Of a DNA stretch of 64,000 nt, positions 38,874 through 52,044 are shown in pieces; positions within the stretch are counted from its first letter, which is position 1; every line of letters begins with the position of its first letter. The DNA is from Ptychomitrium polyphyllum. Taxonomy: Eukaryota. The stretch is taken from positions 18,228,001 through 18,292,000 of the forward strand of contig OZ316775.1 in assembly GCA_973851085.1 (NCBI GenBank), read 5' to 3'. The notes below the pieces were generated by a model. It saw nothing but the letters and a program-made list of their open reading frames with translations, was not told the origin of the DNA and made no database searches. The translations under genes and the position numbers were made by a program.

Positions 38874-40766
38874 TCCGTGTGCATCCTCTCGTCACCTGGT
38901 GCATCTGCTTTGCTAAGATCAAGCTACTTTTACACTGGAGTATCACTTCGTGTCACAAACATTGCTATTAACAAAGAACATACAAGGGTTAGGGCCTTGG
39001 TTGTCCTCAGGGACCGTAGCTTGCCCTAAGTGTATTCAAACAGCGTCTGGAGAATCTCATCATTCTCACACTTTACCTTCGACAATTAGTACACTTTAAA
39101 GCCCTTCTAAATGTCAATCTATTGGAGGGAGAGGCACAGCTGATACAAACCTTGGAGTTGTGCAGGGCGCTACCATTCGGTTGATCTAAACGGAGAAGGG
39201 GTTGCTCCTCCTCATCGTCGGCTTTAGATATACATTCCTCTTTCGTTGAATCTGCGGACTCACCTTCCATGACATGTTACAGAAGAAAACTTACACTTGA
39301 ACGCTCGAACGATTCTAGATTTTGAGCTAGAAATTAAGGTAAGAGTATCTACCAGGACTGTAAAGAGAATCTTGTTGGGCGTGGAGCACAGGAATATCAT
39401 ATAGGGATAGCGTTCTCGGCAGCTGTTTGTTAACGTTGCCAATCTGCAATCTGACTGAATTCCAGTCAAAACTTCGATTCTCCGTAGTCTTCATGGTGGG
39501 TCTGAAAACTCTGGAGCTATTCTGTAACGTGAACAGACCTGCTAACGAGATAACAAGGTAAGAAGATGTGGAAATCTGCTTTCAACGTAAGAACTGGCAG
39601 CACATCCTAGTTTTGTTCTGGCAGCCACAACTTAAACGTCCAATTGGCAGTGAAGCGGCTGGAGGCTTGAATACTCATATCCAACCTCCTTCTGTCATTG
39701 CCTAACTCCATAGGACACGATATTGACATTCCAGGGCTCTTTACACACATAAAACCTAAATCAAGGAGAAGAAAATCGAACAAGTAGGCATCTGGGGTTA
39801 AAAAACTTGAGTTTATGGATTTCTGTAACCCCAATACCGTATCACAAGGCAGTCAAGAAGCACTTAGGTAAAATTTGTATTCTGGCATTGGGTGCTTGAG
39901 GGCACAACTACTTGCGAGGATGGTGCCCACCACGAACAAATTGAACTCCAGAAATCAACAGTCAAGTAAAATGACAGATGTGATTTCGAACCTTAGGCAA
40001 TTTCAACAGAAAAGACGTAGAGAAGTGCAGTACCAAACCGCATGTGCAGAGGAGCAATCCGAAAGAGCAATTGTTCACAGCGCCATCTTACAACCTAAAG
40101 CTCGAGAGCATTATCCTTTGTGACACGAAACAAGCGATACTGCAAAATCCTTCTGACAGGCACAACCATTTTGTCGTTCCTCTGAAGTTCAAGTCGTGCC
40201 TGCTGGTGACAACTCTCTTCAAATCAGGCAACAGTCCTCGTCGGCAAAAAACATCACTTGGGTTAGGACTATAGCAAAAGCCTCCGGCAGTCCATAGGCA
40301 GAGCGAACAGTGACAAAAACCACGTAGGTTGAGGGAGCCTCAGGGTGAAGGTTAGTTATGTCTGTTAAGGGTCTCAAATTCAATAGACTCCTGCATAACC
40401 GAACGTCCACAGGGTCGTCAGATAACTACCTGGCAAGACAGCCATGCAGCATCTAATACACGTCAATATAGTTGAGCACAATATGTACCATGCACTCAAA
40501 TACCAGTCTTTCAGAACAGGCATGTTTCTGCTTGCAACTCTAGAATTTAGTATTTCGGGAACGAATGGCCTCAACAGTAAATGAAAGAGCCACGCTGAGA
40601 ATACACAAACATCAACTGCTCTCAAGTTCATGTGCACTTGGTCCTAGCTACATTCACTAATCTCTCTGCAAAATTAAATGAATGTAAAGTTTCTGAAGCT
40701 CGTAGCCTGATACTCTGGAAGTTTTCGATACTCTGGATATCAATTGCGGAAAATTCTAGGAAGTTA

Positions 40767-43700
40767 CTAAATTTTAGACAGTAGATCTTCAAAATGTGAT
40801 AAATCTTCGAAGCAGCTATCCCCAGGATGTGGTGCGTTGCTCGGGTGTGACACTACTTCCAGTTCCCTGTCATTGTACACAAACGAAACGATTCCAGACG
40901 TGATTGCACTTTGAAGCGCAGGATCATCAATGTCTTTTGAGTGATCCATCCAGGTCTTACCTGGAGCTGTTTTTGTCCGTGAAATAAGGTCGAAGGTGTC
41001 ACAGTTTGTCGCCTGAGTTGAAGTTCAAGCAAATCACAAATAAGCAAGTTGAACTAGATAACTCACTATGGTCATTTACGAGGTGCTTATTATGATGGTA
41101 TTACTGCAGTAAATCCTTATTACTCACCAGATTTAGTGTGAAAAGCTCCCGAAGCTCCTCTTTGGAAAAGTGACGACCTATGCTACTCTTCTTGGTGTGA
41201 CCATCTCCATATCCTTCCACAGCTGCAGACATTCCTCCCTTCATTATCTGACGCTGGTAGATCTTTTCTTCTATGCTGATTATCATCACAAAAACAGTCA
41301 GCATTTTTATATCCAAAACCCTCGTCTCCGTATATAGTGATATTCATCTGAACCCTGTTCTACCGATGAACGAAAACGGCTGGTGCAAGCGACATCCGGC
41401 CCAAATTCTGCCGGCAGATTTATGCGTAAACTAAACACAAGTTTATGACCTCGATATTTACTATCATGCTTACATTCAAAAAATAGGATGGTTGTAATGC
41501 ACATGATTTGCTTTCCAAGTTTCCAGAGAGAGGATTAGTCCTCACACCTGCCCGTAGAAAGAAGTCTATAGATCATAACTGGTTTCAGCTGCCCTTCTCT
41601 CCATATACGAGCAATCGCCTGGTGATGTCCATTAGGTTAATGCGAAGAAATTATAACTTGGTGCAAAGCCCGTTAAAACGGATTGCAAATAATACTGTCA
41701 TCAACCGTAATGCTAAAAATCATCTTGTATAGGACTCAACGATAAATGCAAAAGTCATATCATCAAGAAAGGGACAAATCCGAGCGTTGAATAACGAGTC
41801 GCAAGATGGCCCTACCTGTGAATCCGTAGCCGGGTTCCAATCAGGATCAAACAGTACGAGTCTGCCGCAAACACAGCCGTAAACATGTGGATCTAAGCAG
41901 CAAATACTCAGGATATTTATTTATCATATTGCTTTTAAAAAGATCAAATTCCCACTCGAAGTGAATCTCTGCACCGTATTCATGACCATGAACTTGCGGA
42001 AGCATAATGTCTTGAGACTTACGTACCTATTGGCCCCGACAAGATTAAGACCAGTGCCACCAGCCTTAGATGATAAGAGGAAAACAAAAACCTCTCCAAA
42101 CCCACTATTTAATTGATCAACAAGGGCTTGCCGTTTCGAAGCTTCCGTTGAACCATCCAGTCGTAAATACTTCCAACCCTGACTGATGCACATATCCTAC
42201 AAGCATATTAACGGATTAAGTATCAAAAAATGAAACTGTCAACGATAGCACTGACAGTCTGAAGCGACATATCTCACTAACATCAAAATGATTAGATTAA
42301 CACTTGTCGATCGTATGATTATCTGTCCACAGCTACGTTATATCCTCTCCTGATACATGCAGTAAAATCGCTCATAACTTCTACCTGGATCAAGTCCAAC
42401 GTCCGTGTGAAATTGGAAACAACCACCACCCTGTCCTTGGGTCCAGCTGACGAGCCAGTGTAAACTGTCCGGAGAAGCCAGTACAAACATGATAGTTTCC
42501 CCGAGAAAGTCCACCCCATATTCGATAACGTCACCCTAATTCCCCGATAGCGAGTCACCAACATCAAAAGTAAGAATCTCCGATGTAAATTCCGACTAGC
42601 TTTCTTTGAACAAAAACTGCACAATGTTGGACAAAACTGAACATTTTTTATCTAACGCGTCACCCAACACACATACAGCTGACGGCAGTAGGGCAAGAAA
42701 AACCATCAGAAGAATTAGTCGTTACCGTGCTTGCAGGACTTCGGTATTATCTGCGCCACCCTCAACACACTTGTTCAACTCCGCAGCAGTGATCTGAGAT
42801 TTCAATTCTGGTTCCAAGTCCGTTTCTTCAACAATATCGGTGTAGGTGAGTTGAGGGTGACTGCACAACTTCCTCAAAGAAGTTATCGAGGATAAGATCG
42901 TAGCTGACGTATTTTCGCATATGTGAAGGGACCTCAACGCCTGCAAATAGCCATCGTTGTACCCCATGAGCAATTTAAGGTGAAAGGTCAATGAGAGAGA
43001 TAAAACATACAATCTTTAAGCCCAAGAATTAGAATCGAGAAATTGTTGTATTCCTCTTGTCATCTAAGGAAAAGACAAATGTTGTGTAGAAATATTGGCA
43101 CTAACTTTGGCAGTGATGATTCTATAGAATGAGATCTGAAGCGGCTGTAATCTGCAAAACACAAAAAGCCTGCCCAAGAGAACGTTAAGTCTTCTACCAA
43201 ATCAAAATTCACACATTAAACCTTGAAAATTTATGGAAAATCCTAGCTTCTCATCCTACCTCTTGCAGAATTTCAAATTTCCTTGTCCTGGTTGTACTAT
43301 ATAATATATTCTTACTCTGTTTTAATTGGTAAATATTGTTTGTTGATATCTGCTGTCCTTCGAAGAATACAGAATTCGGTTCTCGATTGCAGTTCCAAAG
43401 ACCTGGCTTTTCCTAACTTATGCTCCTCTAAACTGTAACAGACCCACGAAGTCAAGACTAGCGGGCAGCAGCACAAGGAAATAGTTGCAAGACTACTACC
43501 CAATAGTCGTCACGTTTAGAATCGAGGAGGTTAAGAAGCTACTCAGGCATATAAACCTCGCCATAAGCATATCAATCCAAATGCACAATGCATTGACGAT
43601 CACTGGCCCACCTTGCAGTGCGATCCTGACTTAACTCAATGGGCTCTGCAAATATCCGCTTAAATGCAGAAAGCGGGCCTAAAAGGCCTGGATTTGCAAA

Positions 43701-46700
43701 ATCGATCATAGCATAGAACTCGTTCAAATCGTTCTGCACAGGGGTTCCTGTCTGCAACAAGATGCACAAATCAACTCCAAATTCCGAGCTGGCGCAAATG
43801 CAATACTTATTGCTAATGCATTTACGATAAAAATAAATCAAGATCCATAAGAAATTATCTAGCACCAAAGAAAATGTCAACATTTCCCCCAACCACTATA
43901 ACCAGAAGTGCCCATAGAGCTACCTACCAAAAGAATTTTACGAATGCACTGAAGCCCAACGAGAGCGTCAATGGTCTTGTTACCAGAACTGCACAGAAAT
44001 TGGCAGGCCTTATTAGTAGGTCAATGGCAAATTGAGAAGACAACAACTAAGAGTTCAAAAGGTGGACTTCCATTACACACGTTTCGATAATTCACCAGAG
44101 GGACAGCTTATGTAAATGGTCTCCCTTACACGGGCGCAGATGCAGATGATGAAAGTCACAAACGCAATTACCAATTCTTGAGGCGATGAGCCTCGTCACA
44201 CACCAGCAGTCCCGGTTTCGCTGATGCAATTATGCCGATATGCTTGCGCAAAATTTCATAGGATGTTATCAAAAGTGGACTAACTTGTCCATTTTTAAAA
44301 TCTACAAACTTCTGGGTTGCCTGCGACCATGATCTCCTGACAGTTAGTCGTACGAGAAGCTAAAAGCGAAAACAGAGATATGATTGGAAAGAATACTCAA
44401 GATTATTTAAGGTTATCAGATACTACTAATAGCCATCTTAAGGTCTTACCTCTCTGTGCGTAGTTCCTGCATGCACAGCTATAAACCTCAATCTCTCCCT
44501 CCCAAGCCACTTGTGCACCTGCATCATCATGAGTTGCATCAAACTTCTGTTCAACTAATGCCTTAAAAACAAGATGGCATATTGGTTTCCACCACAATAG
44601 CAAAATCTTAAGAAAAAATATTTGAAGTTTAAGTTTCGAATTCTAGTACTGTACCTCATTGCCCCAGTTTTGAACAAGTGAAGACGGGCAAACCACCAAG
44701 GCGCGCTTGACAGCTGGAGAACCAGCAGGGCCCTGCAATAAACACGCAGCAGAACAATTTGAAATTATTGTTGACCACATCGTTTTACAACTTGTCAAAA
44801 GGTAATATACGACTGGTAATTCATAGCACAACAGGTCCTTCAACTTAGTACTCATACCTGCTTCAATATTGTCCATAATAAGGTGATTACTTGCAGTGTC
44901 TTGCCTAGGCCTGCGATGGTAAGAACATTGCAGCCAATGAGCCAAGATTTGCTGAGTCGAACCAATAACTCACATAAAGATTGTCTTGTTACTGCAAATA
45001 GCGAGGTGTGATTACGAAAAAAACTACCAACCTATAAGAAATCATGTAAACTTTACTTGATGCTGAATCAGTGTCTTAAGAATTGTGTGATTTCAGAAGC
45101 TTTGACTCAAACTCATAAAACACACAAACTACAATCACAAATAATTTTGGAGTTGTGGTGAAGTGTGTGTACCCATTTCATCAGCTAGCAGACAACCAAA
45201 GAAGGACTTCGATTTCAGTCCCATGATACATTCGTACATGAACTTCACACCATCCTTTTGATGTGGCCTCAATTTTGATGCAATATACTGCCAAAATCAT
45301 GGATGTTTGTCAATAAGAAAATGCACCTGTAAATATATCCAACAATTGCTTGCGAGCAATGCCAATGTCCTCTTGTGGTGCAGATACATCATAACCAAAG
45401 CAGAGGGAAATGTTCGCACTCTTAAATAACAACTCCCACTGACTCTCAAAAAGGTGAGCAAGGACACTAACCGGGTCTACAATAACAGGAATCTCTGTAG
45501 CTGAATCCCCATTAAGCTTCAAAACGTCCTTCAAAACCCAAAATGCACCATAGTCATTCAGACTCTGATTTTCAGACAAGGTATGCTACCCAAGCCATTA
45601 GCTTTAACAGTGAGAAAGAAAACGATGTGGAAATATATAAGTACCATTTGTGTAATAAATGGTCCCTTGTTCCTGCGGACATATTAAACGGATAAAAAAT
45701 ATAAGATCAGAATTGACTAAAAACACTTGAGATTGTATCTCCGAACTTTCAGTTCATGTATGTCGTCTAAAGTGCCATCATGGACCCATCCAAACAAAGA
45801 GCATGTGACGCCCGTTGCGTGAAGGTGTACAATGCGAAGTTAACAGTGTTATGGTAATGAAAGTGATTGGCGATAATGAAATCGTGTCAGTAGAGCCTTA
45901 GTAGAATTGAGAAATCCTGTAGTTTCCACCAACATCTACTTGCAAAATCCTAATTATGACCAACTCATACCCAAAGTGCAAAGCCTTTCATAAGCAATGA
46001 ACTTTACAATGCTATTGCAGTATTCCTAATCAGGCTTCCTTGGCAAATTTGTGAAGTAATGCAGCCAATTATTGGCTGAAATAAAAGAAAGCAGGGGATA
46101 AGGAAGAAATATGAAGATACACTTGTTGCAAGGTGCTGCCTTACCTGGACTGTTGTGATCCACCCATCTTAAGGCTTTTAAACGTCTGTTTCTTGATTAT
46201 CAGAGCTGGAAATTTAGTCGGAATTGGCTGAGGAGCCTTGTTCGCTAGGTACAATGCACCACTAAGAACCTCTTCACTTGATGCTTCTCTCAGTACCTCT
46301 ACCTCGAATTTGCCAACCTGCGTATAACAACATAAGCTCTAACCTGTCACGCAAAGAGACAAATCCTTGAATACTGATACTTCTGAAATGGAACAGTATG
46401 ACGTGATCTGACAACCTGCCTTCGCATCGTGCGAGCTGTAACCTTCTTAGACAATCGTTTCAAACTCTAAAAGTGAGAATGCCGTTCGCTTAATACCAGT
46501 CATCAAGGATTCTTAAGATATAAATCATTTAACTACAATCCAAAAGATTTAATTTGAAAAGCAATACTTTTGTCAGAACGTCCATCTTTCTCTTGATTGC
46601 AGAAGTGCATCAATGCAACCTTGATGTAATCGAGTAAACAAAAAGATACACAACAAAGATGCCCAACTGACAGGAAAGTAAACAAGGTAGTACTTCGTTG

Positions 46701-47944
46701 AACTAGTAAAGAAACTGCAGAATGACTAGGGCAAGGAAATAAAATCCAGAAAGTTGACGATTCACCTCAAGAGTGGCTCCTTCTGGCATGTCTTTTAGGC
46801 CTTGAAAATTCGCCTTAGTAATGGCCTTTCCATCCATGTCCTGAAGAGTACAGGACCGTCCTTGACAAACAATGACACCATCAGACCACGGGCCCTTTCG
46901 CTTTGCATTCTTTTTCCGTGGGCAGTACATAACTGAATAATAATCTGCTACCACCGCCTCGTGTGTAGGTCTTGATGTCTCTTTCAAATTTATCCCACGA
47001 TGAAGTGATGACTGCTGGCGTTGAGGACCGTTCAATGTATTTCCAGCCTTCGTAACCTTGGAATCGAAAGGAACAGCTTCATTATTGTGTTCTTCTTTCG
47101 CATGGACATATTGCTCCCCCTTCTCTTCGCTGCTAGTAGCCTCCAACATTACATTCAGGTGAGCCCTATCTATACTGTCCAACCGTATCTGATTCATGTT
47201 CAGATGTTGGCATTCCTTCGGTAAACGTTCTCTACTAGTAATTTCCACTGTCGAGATTGTTGGGACTTCCACAGCGCGTACAACTTCCCCGTCTAGCAAA
47301 GGTTCTCTTTGTTTCTTCACGGAATGATATCTCTTCCTCATGATATCCAAATTTTCCTTCTTCAGTCCGCCGTCATTAGGACAGCTCCGTTTGACACCGA
47401 GTGTAGAAGAGGTTTTAGACAACAGGGAACGCCCAAGAATAGATTTAAGATTTGTCACAGAGGGCAAATCTAAGTTTTCCTCATCACATTCTCTCTTTCC
47501 TACAAGATCCGGTACAAAATCGGGAATGGATGGAGAAAATGAATTCGCAAATTGGGGCGAAAGGTTACCACCACCGTCAGATACAGCAGTACTCTTATTG
47601 CTCACGGTCCCAACTCTTCCCAAGTTAATTAAATTGAGTACCTGAGAAGGATTCTTTTCCACAAGAGGAGAATCCTCTTCCACGTTATAGCCGTCGGGTT
47701 GCGCAAATCCTTCAGTTCCAACACCTTCTGAGTCCTCTTCAGAACGCGACCTCGGTGTGGGGGAATCAACTAGCCCTACTGAAGCTACAGGAGTTTTGAA
47801 CTTCTTTCTGCTGGACAAGAAATTTCGCCGGGACTCAATTCTACCAGCTTTGTCAAAGACATTGAATTTCGCTTCAGCAGCATTCTCCTTCTCTTGTTCT
47901 TGAAGCTTCTTTGCCAACACACTCGGAGCAGCAGACCTTCTCAT
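40767..47944 (-). CDS. RAD54B: RAD54B/Rdh54-type SNF2-family DNA translocase (DNA repair and recombination)
   Basis: Starts MRRSAAPS (ATG 47944). Has an N-terminal YYSVMYC..KKNAKRKGPWSDGVIVCQGRSCTLQDMDGK..PEGATLE|VGKFEVEV domain. SNF2 motifs: LRPHQKDGVKFMY, LADEMG|LGKTLQ, VCPSSLVQNW, VCDEAHRLKN, TGTPVQNDLNEFY, LRKLCSHP, LRLDGST, FLLSSKAGGTGLNLVGANR, FDPDWNPATDSQ|AIARIWREGQ, IEEKIYQRQ. The 3' end is taken at stop 40767. Confidence 0.9.
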
Positions 47945-49136
47945 TGCAATCCCGAAACTGGCCCTCACCAAAACTCACACAATCTCACCGCACTAGCACA
48001 AAACACAAAGCACGCTAGGAAGATTTTATAAGGTGACCAAAACTGTGTCTACCACGTCTTCCCTCAACACAGCATCATCGCATTCTCTCACGAACGTCGG
48101 GATTAAGGTTGCCAGAACATATCGAAAGGAAAGAAAAGCGGAAAGATCGTCCACAGCTTCTCCCCGAAGCAAACATAATCGCATCAAAGAAACTGCTCAT
48201 CAGCGAGCGCCCCGCAACAGCGACAGAACTCTTCTCACAAATGACCTAGCCTAATCCTCCTGCTTCCGATCCAATGGAAAAATTCTCGCAAACTGTCGAG
48301 CCGCATCAACACCAGATATACCGCAATATGGCACAGCAAGAAACCAATACACGAGTCATGTTACTTTAAGATCCAGTAAAGACCTGCTCGCAGTCCTTCT
48401 AAATCAACAACTATAGACGAGCTTGGACACGGACGCCACAACCTGTAGCATCACTAACCTCGACTCGACCACTCCAGTGCCCGTCACGACACATCCGCAT
48501 CCGCATCCACAGAGCCTTCCAACGAGTGACCGCCGCGAAGTCCCTCGAGAACTGGCTCAAGAACCGCCCGAAACATCCAATACTACTGTCTCGGTTACTT
48601 CCAAAGCTCTCCACCATTCCTAGCCCTGGCCTTCACAACACCCTCGCATCAAACTGGAATCTAAAGGTGCTCGCACGGGAGCAGAACTGAAGAACTCCGG
48701 AGCCACGCAACGCAATGCAACGCGAGGTGCCCCGCCATTCCAATGCAACACAAGGCGGTCACTCTCGCTGGCTTCTTCACGAAGACAACCACTGCGGGCT
48801 GCGCTCCCAAACCCGTCACCACACTTCATAGCCGAAGTCTTCTACAACAAGCAACATATGACAGAATGAAATATTTGAAATGTGTAGATAAGAACGAGTT
48901 CGTGTTTCGCTGTAGGCGGTCGCGATATATTCTCCTAAAATTACCTAGACTATCTATAGATTTAATGATGAGTGATGTAGGTTTTTGATAGATGATGCTG
49001 GTTTTGGGAGAAGTGACCGGTTTAGATGTGGAATTTATTGGTGTGCTCTCGCACAGTGTGGAAGCGGGACAGCCGTCCGATGTGGACGAGGGCGTCGAGC
49101 CGACGGATCGATCTTGCTCTGATGGTAACTAACTAA

Positions 49137-49568
49137 TACTTGAACAGTGAGCTTAGACGATGTCTAGATCAGTACCCTATTGTTGTTGTGGATGTTTCGT
49201 TGCAAATCACGAATGGTGTGCGCTATTTGCATAAGCATGATGTTGCCCATCGTGACCTGTAGTGCGGCAACATATGGGTGAGTAAGTCCCCTAGTTTTGC
49301 CAAAGTCTGTACCTCGGCTTACAAGGCCTATCTTCACATCAAGGTAGCAGATTTTGATCAGTCCAAGTTCTTCACGAGGAAATGCTCAGAGTTGCAGGTG
49401 CAGTCTAAACCTAACGTGGGAAGGATTGCTTGGAGAGCTCCGGAAGCATTTACAGAGCTAGGGATGCACATGGTTAATCCCAGAAGCGCTGACAGCTACA
49501 GCTTTGCGATGACGTGCTTTGAACTCCTTACAGGGGAGCATTCATTTGATGCAGTGCCTGGAATCTGA
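49137..49568 (+). pseudogene. Protein kinase C-lobe fragment (Raf/TKL-like), disabled
   Basis: VDVSLQITNGVRYLHKHDVAHRDL*CGNIWV...IKVADFDQSK...VGRIAWRAPE...ADSYSFAMTCFELLTGE. TAG at 49260-49262 replaces the catalytic-loop Lys, DFG reads DFD, and no N-lobe is visible. Confidence 0.88.
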
Positions 49569-49632
49569 TAGTGTGAGATTGAAAGATGAGCCGAAAGTTA
49601 GAATCAGGTTGTACTATGGCTGAAGCACTGTA

Positions 49633-50161
49633 GAAGTTGTGGCAGAGGCTATAGACTTTGGAAACAGCAATGCGCTCCTGGTGACGTTTGAAATTGGGGC
49701 GTACAATGTGAAGGATCGGCTTAACGCAAGCGTTGCAAGAAGGCTTATGGAGTGGGATTATGTAAGTTCTTTAAAATGTGGGATCTTCCTGGCTATTATC
49801 ACAACACTGGCGTAGACCAAGGAGATCTGTGTGATTTCAATTTCGATAATTGCATTCAAAGGGGTATGCCTGTAGATAGTTTCGTGAGCAGGACTTATCA
49901 TCCAGTCTACAACAAGCAGCAAAGTTTGTCATGCACATTGTACAAATCTACAGATTTGACCTCGATATACACCATTGACAAAACAACAAAGGAGGAGGGA
50001 GATTTCGAGATCGATATTCTGATATTCTGACGGACAAGGATCGAGAAATCAGCTTGAGGATGTGTTTTACTGCTACCAGCACTAAGACCAGTGCTATGGC
50101 TCTTAATTTTGCGGGTGAAGACAGAAACCTTTGTGTTGAAGTGAAAGCCAAGCGAGATTAA
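49633..50161 (+). pseudogene. HSPA12-type (atypical Hsp70) relic: short N-terminal phosphate-loop remnant plus C-terminal domain, frameshifted
   Basis: EVVAEAIDFGNS at about 49633-49668, then RKRCKKAYGVGL...LCDFNFDNCIQ...VSRTYHPVYNKQ...LYKS...TKEEGDFEIDI[frameshift]TDKDREISLRMCF...RD*. This is colinear with the HSPA12A C-terminus as I recall it (TYGVG...WCTDVFDKFI...VKRSYTP...IYSS...VKKCGTLRLDL...REIQTLMQF). Confidence 0.75.
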
Positions 50162-50325
50162 CTCTGGCACCCCAATTCAGAATCGTACCATTGCAACCAA
50201 ACTCATCGAATAGAGAAAAGGGCCCACAACGGAAGGCCCTTGTACTTACCGCTTCAGAGATTAGCGGTCAGCGTGACGAAGTGGGCCATGTAAATCTGAA
50301 CCCATAGTTTCAGGGGTTGGTAGAA

Positions 50326-51524
50326 ATGAAACAACGACTTCCGAACGATGGGTTTTACGCTCCGATTCTCCATCACGGTGTAAGATGATAGAGAGGACCA
50401 ACTCGTCTTGATCGTCGGCGGTGCGAACCAACTTCCTCTCGCGCTTGAAAAAAAAGCTCAACAAGTTCTTCAGTTATTACTTTGGCGAAGCCGAGGATCC
50501 AGCACCAGGATCTCCAACTCATGCCGCTGCACAGTCGTGGTCCACACCTCATGGCCAGTTTGAGTGCAATGAAGCCAGCAGTTCCAACTCCACCTCCACT
50601 ACAGCGTTCCAGCCTTACTACTACAACAGCCAGGATGCTTCTGAGTACTTACAGCAGCACCATTACCTCGAGTTGCCGCTGATCAATGTCGGAGGTGGGA
50701 GCTCACCGCCTGGCATAGGTCCACTTTCGCCTGGTTTTGATAATAATCACCACTAGGGACAGTTTCCAGTACCCGTGAATAAGTCCGAAACTATTATTCC
50801 GGATGAATTATGTGCTGCAATTTCGGAGTTTTCGGATCATGTGCCGAAGATGCAGCGAGATGAGCCGATGAGCTCAGGACTAATAGCAATTACTACAAAG
50901 GGCATGGAGCTCCAAGCAAGTCGATGCTGATAAGTGCCGATAAACTCGGCGACAGACGAATCGGGAGGCACTAATTTCACGGAAGACTCCGATTTCTCCT
51001 TCATTATTCCGCCACATCCCGAACAACCACTCCTAGTACGGCGTCGGTAAGAATAAGCTATCCATTTATCCCTTCCTCTTTGCTGATTATCTAGCCCAAC
51101 TGTTATTTGATTGTTTACCTTTATATTGGTTGCATGATTTTTTAATCGCAGGGTCAGAAGTGGATCCTACAAGTTACCATTAAGATATCCTATTAAGTCT
51201 GCGGAGTTTAGCAACGTGCACCAAGGGATCAAGAAACTGAAAGGGAAGTGGGTGGCGGAGATTAGGTTTAGCGGGATATCGGATAAAGTGTGGCTGGGGT
51301 CGTTTCAGTCGGAGAAGAAAGCTGCACTCGCTTTCAAGGCGGGCTCACATTATTACAGTTTGAAGAGGGCCAAGAAATTCAACTTCAAGAAATCGCCTCA
51401 GAAATTAGGTCCTGCCCAGTACTTCAACTTGCTTACCATGTCGAAGGAAGACAGGAAGACAGCAATCGGAGTTTGGCGAATGATCACGCTATGGCCCACA
51501 GATCATCGAAAATCTAAAATCTGA
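50326..51524 (+). pseudogene. AP2/ERF transcription-factor pseudogene, two exons (to 51046; 51152-51524)
   Basis: Exon 2 encodes HQGIKKLKGKWVAEIRFSGISDKVWLGSFQSEKKAALAFKAG..FNF, an AP2 domain. The phase-2 GT-AG intron joins it to an exon-1 frame interrupted by TAG (50754) and TGA-TAA (about 50928-50933). The 5' boundary is approximate. Confidence 0.75.
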
Positions 51525-52044
51525 CTCATCGCTAACTCTTGTCGCAATTCTCCCTTCTGATTTTGGATTCAATATAGAAATCTTCTACAAAATGATAGGC
51601 AGTTCACAATCTAAGCTCAAATCTTATCTCTTCACAAAGCATTAAATTGTACGTAATCACCGCAACGCAAATTGAACGGGTGTGCATGTAAAGGCCTTCA
51701 ATTTACATTGACAATGCCACCTCTTGGCCCCGAAAGGGCGTGTTCAACGCAATGCAGCGTCCCAACGCCACTCTTCTCACGACCATTCTCCAGCCTTCAC
51801 TCGAGCAATCCTCACGATGCACGGTGCTGAGGCTAACATCCCAAGCTGCTCGCTCCGAGATGCAGGTAAGTAGTAAACAGAGGTCATCATATGGTACCAT
51901 CACTAACACTTCATCTCGAATTCCTCTTGTTCCGTAAAATCCATAAATTAGGGTTAGGGTAATGATTCAACCACGTACCTCGCTCGAAAGTATGCTCAAT
52001 CTCATGACAGATCTCTAACTGAGCACAGCAAACAAGCAAGAAAA

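Noticed and set aside
39073..39270. Exon-like minus-strand ORF MEGESADSTKEE...
   Set aside because: Could be an upstream Tubby exon or uORF, but I could not join it in frame with confidence, so it is left unannotated.
48033..48988. Several short ORFs upstream of RAD54B
   Set aside because: Consistent with 5' UTR or promoter sequence. No protein motifs.
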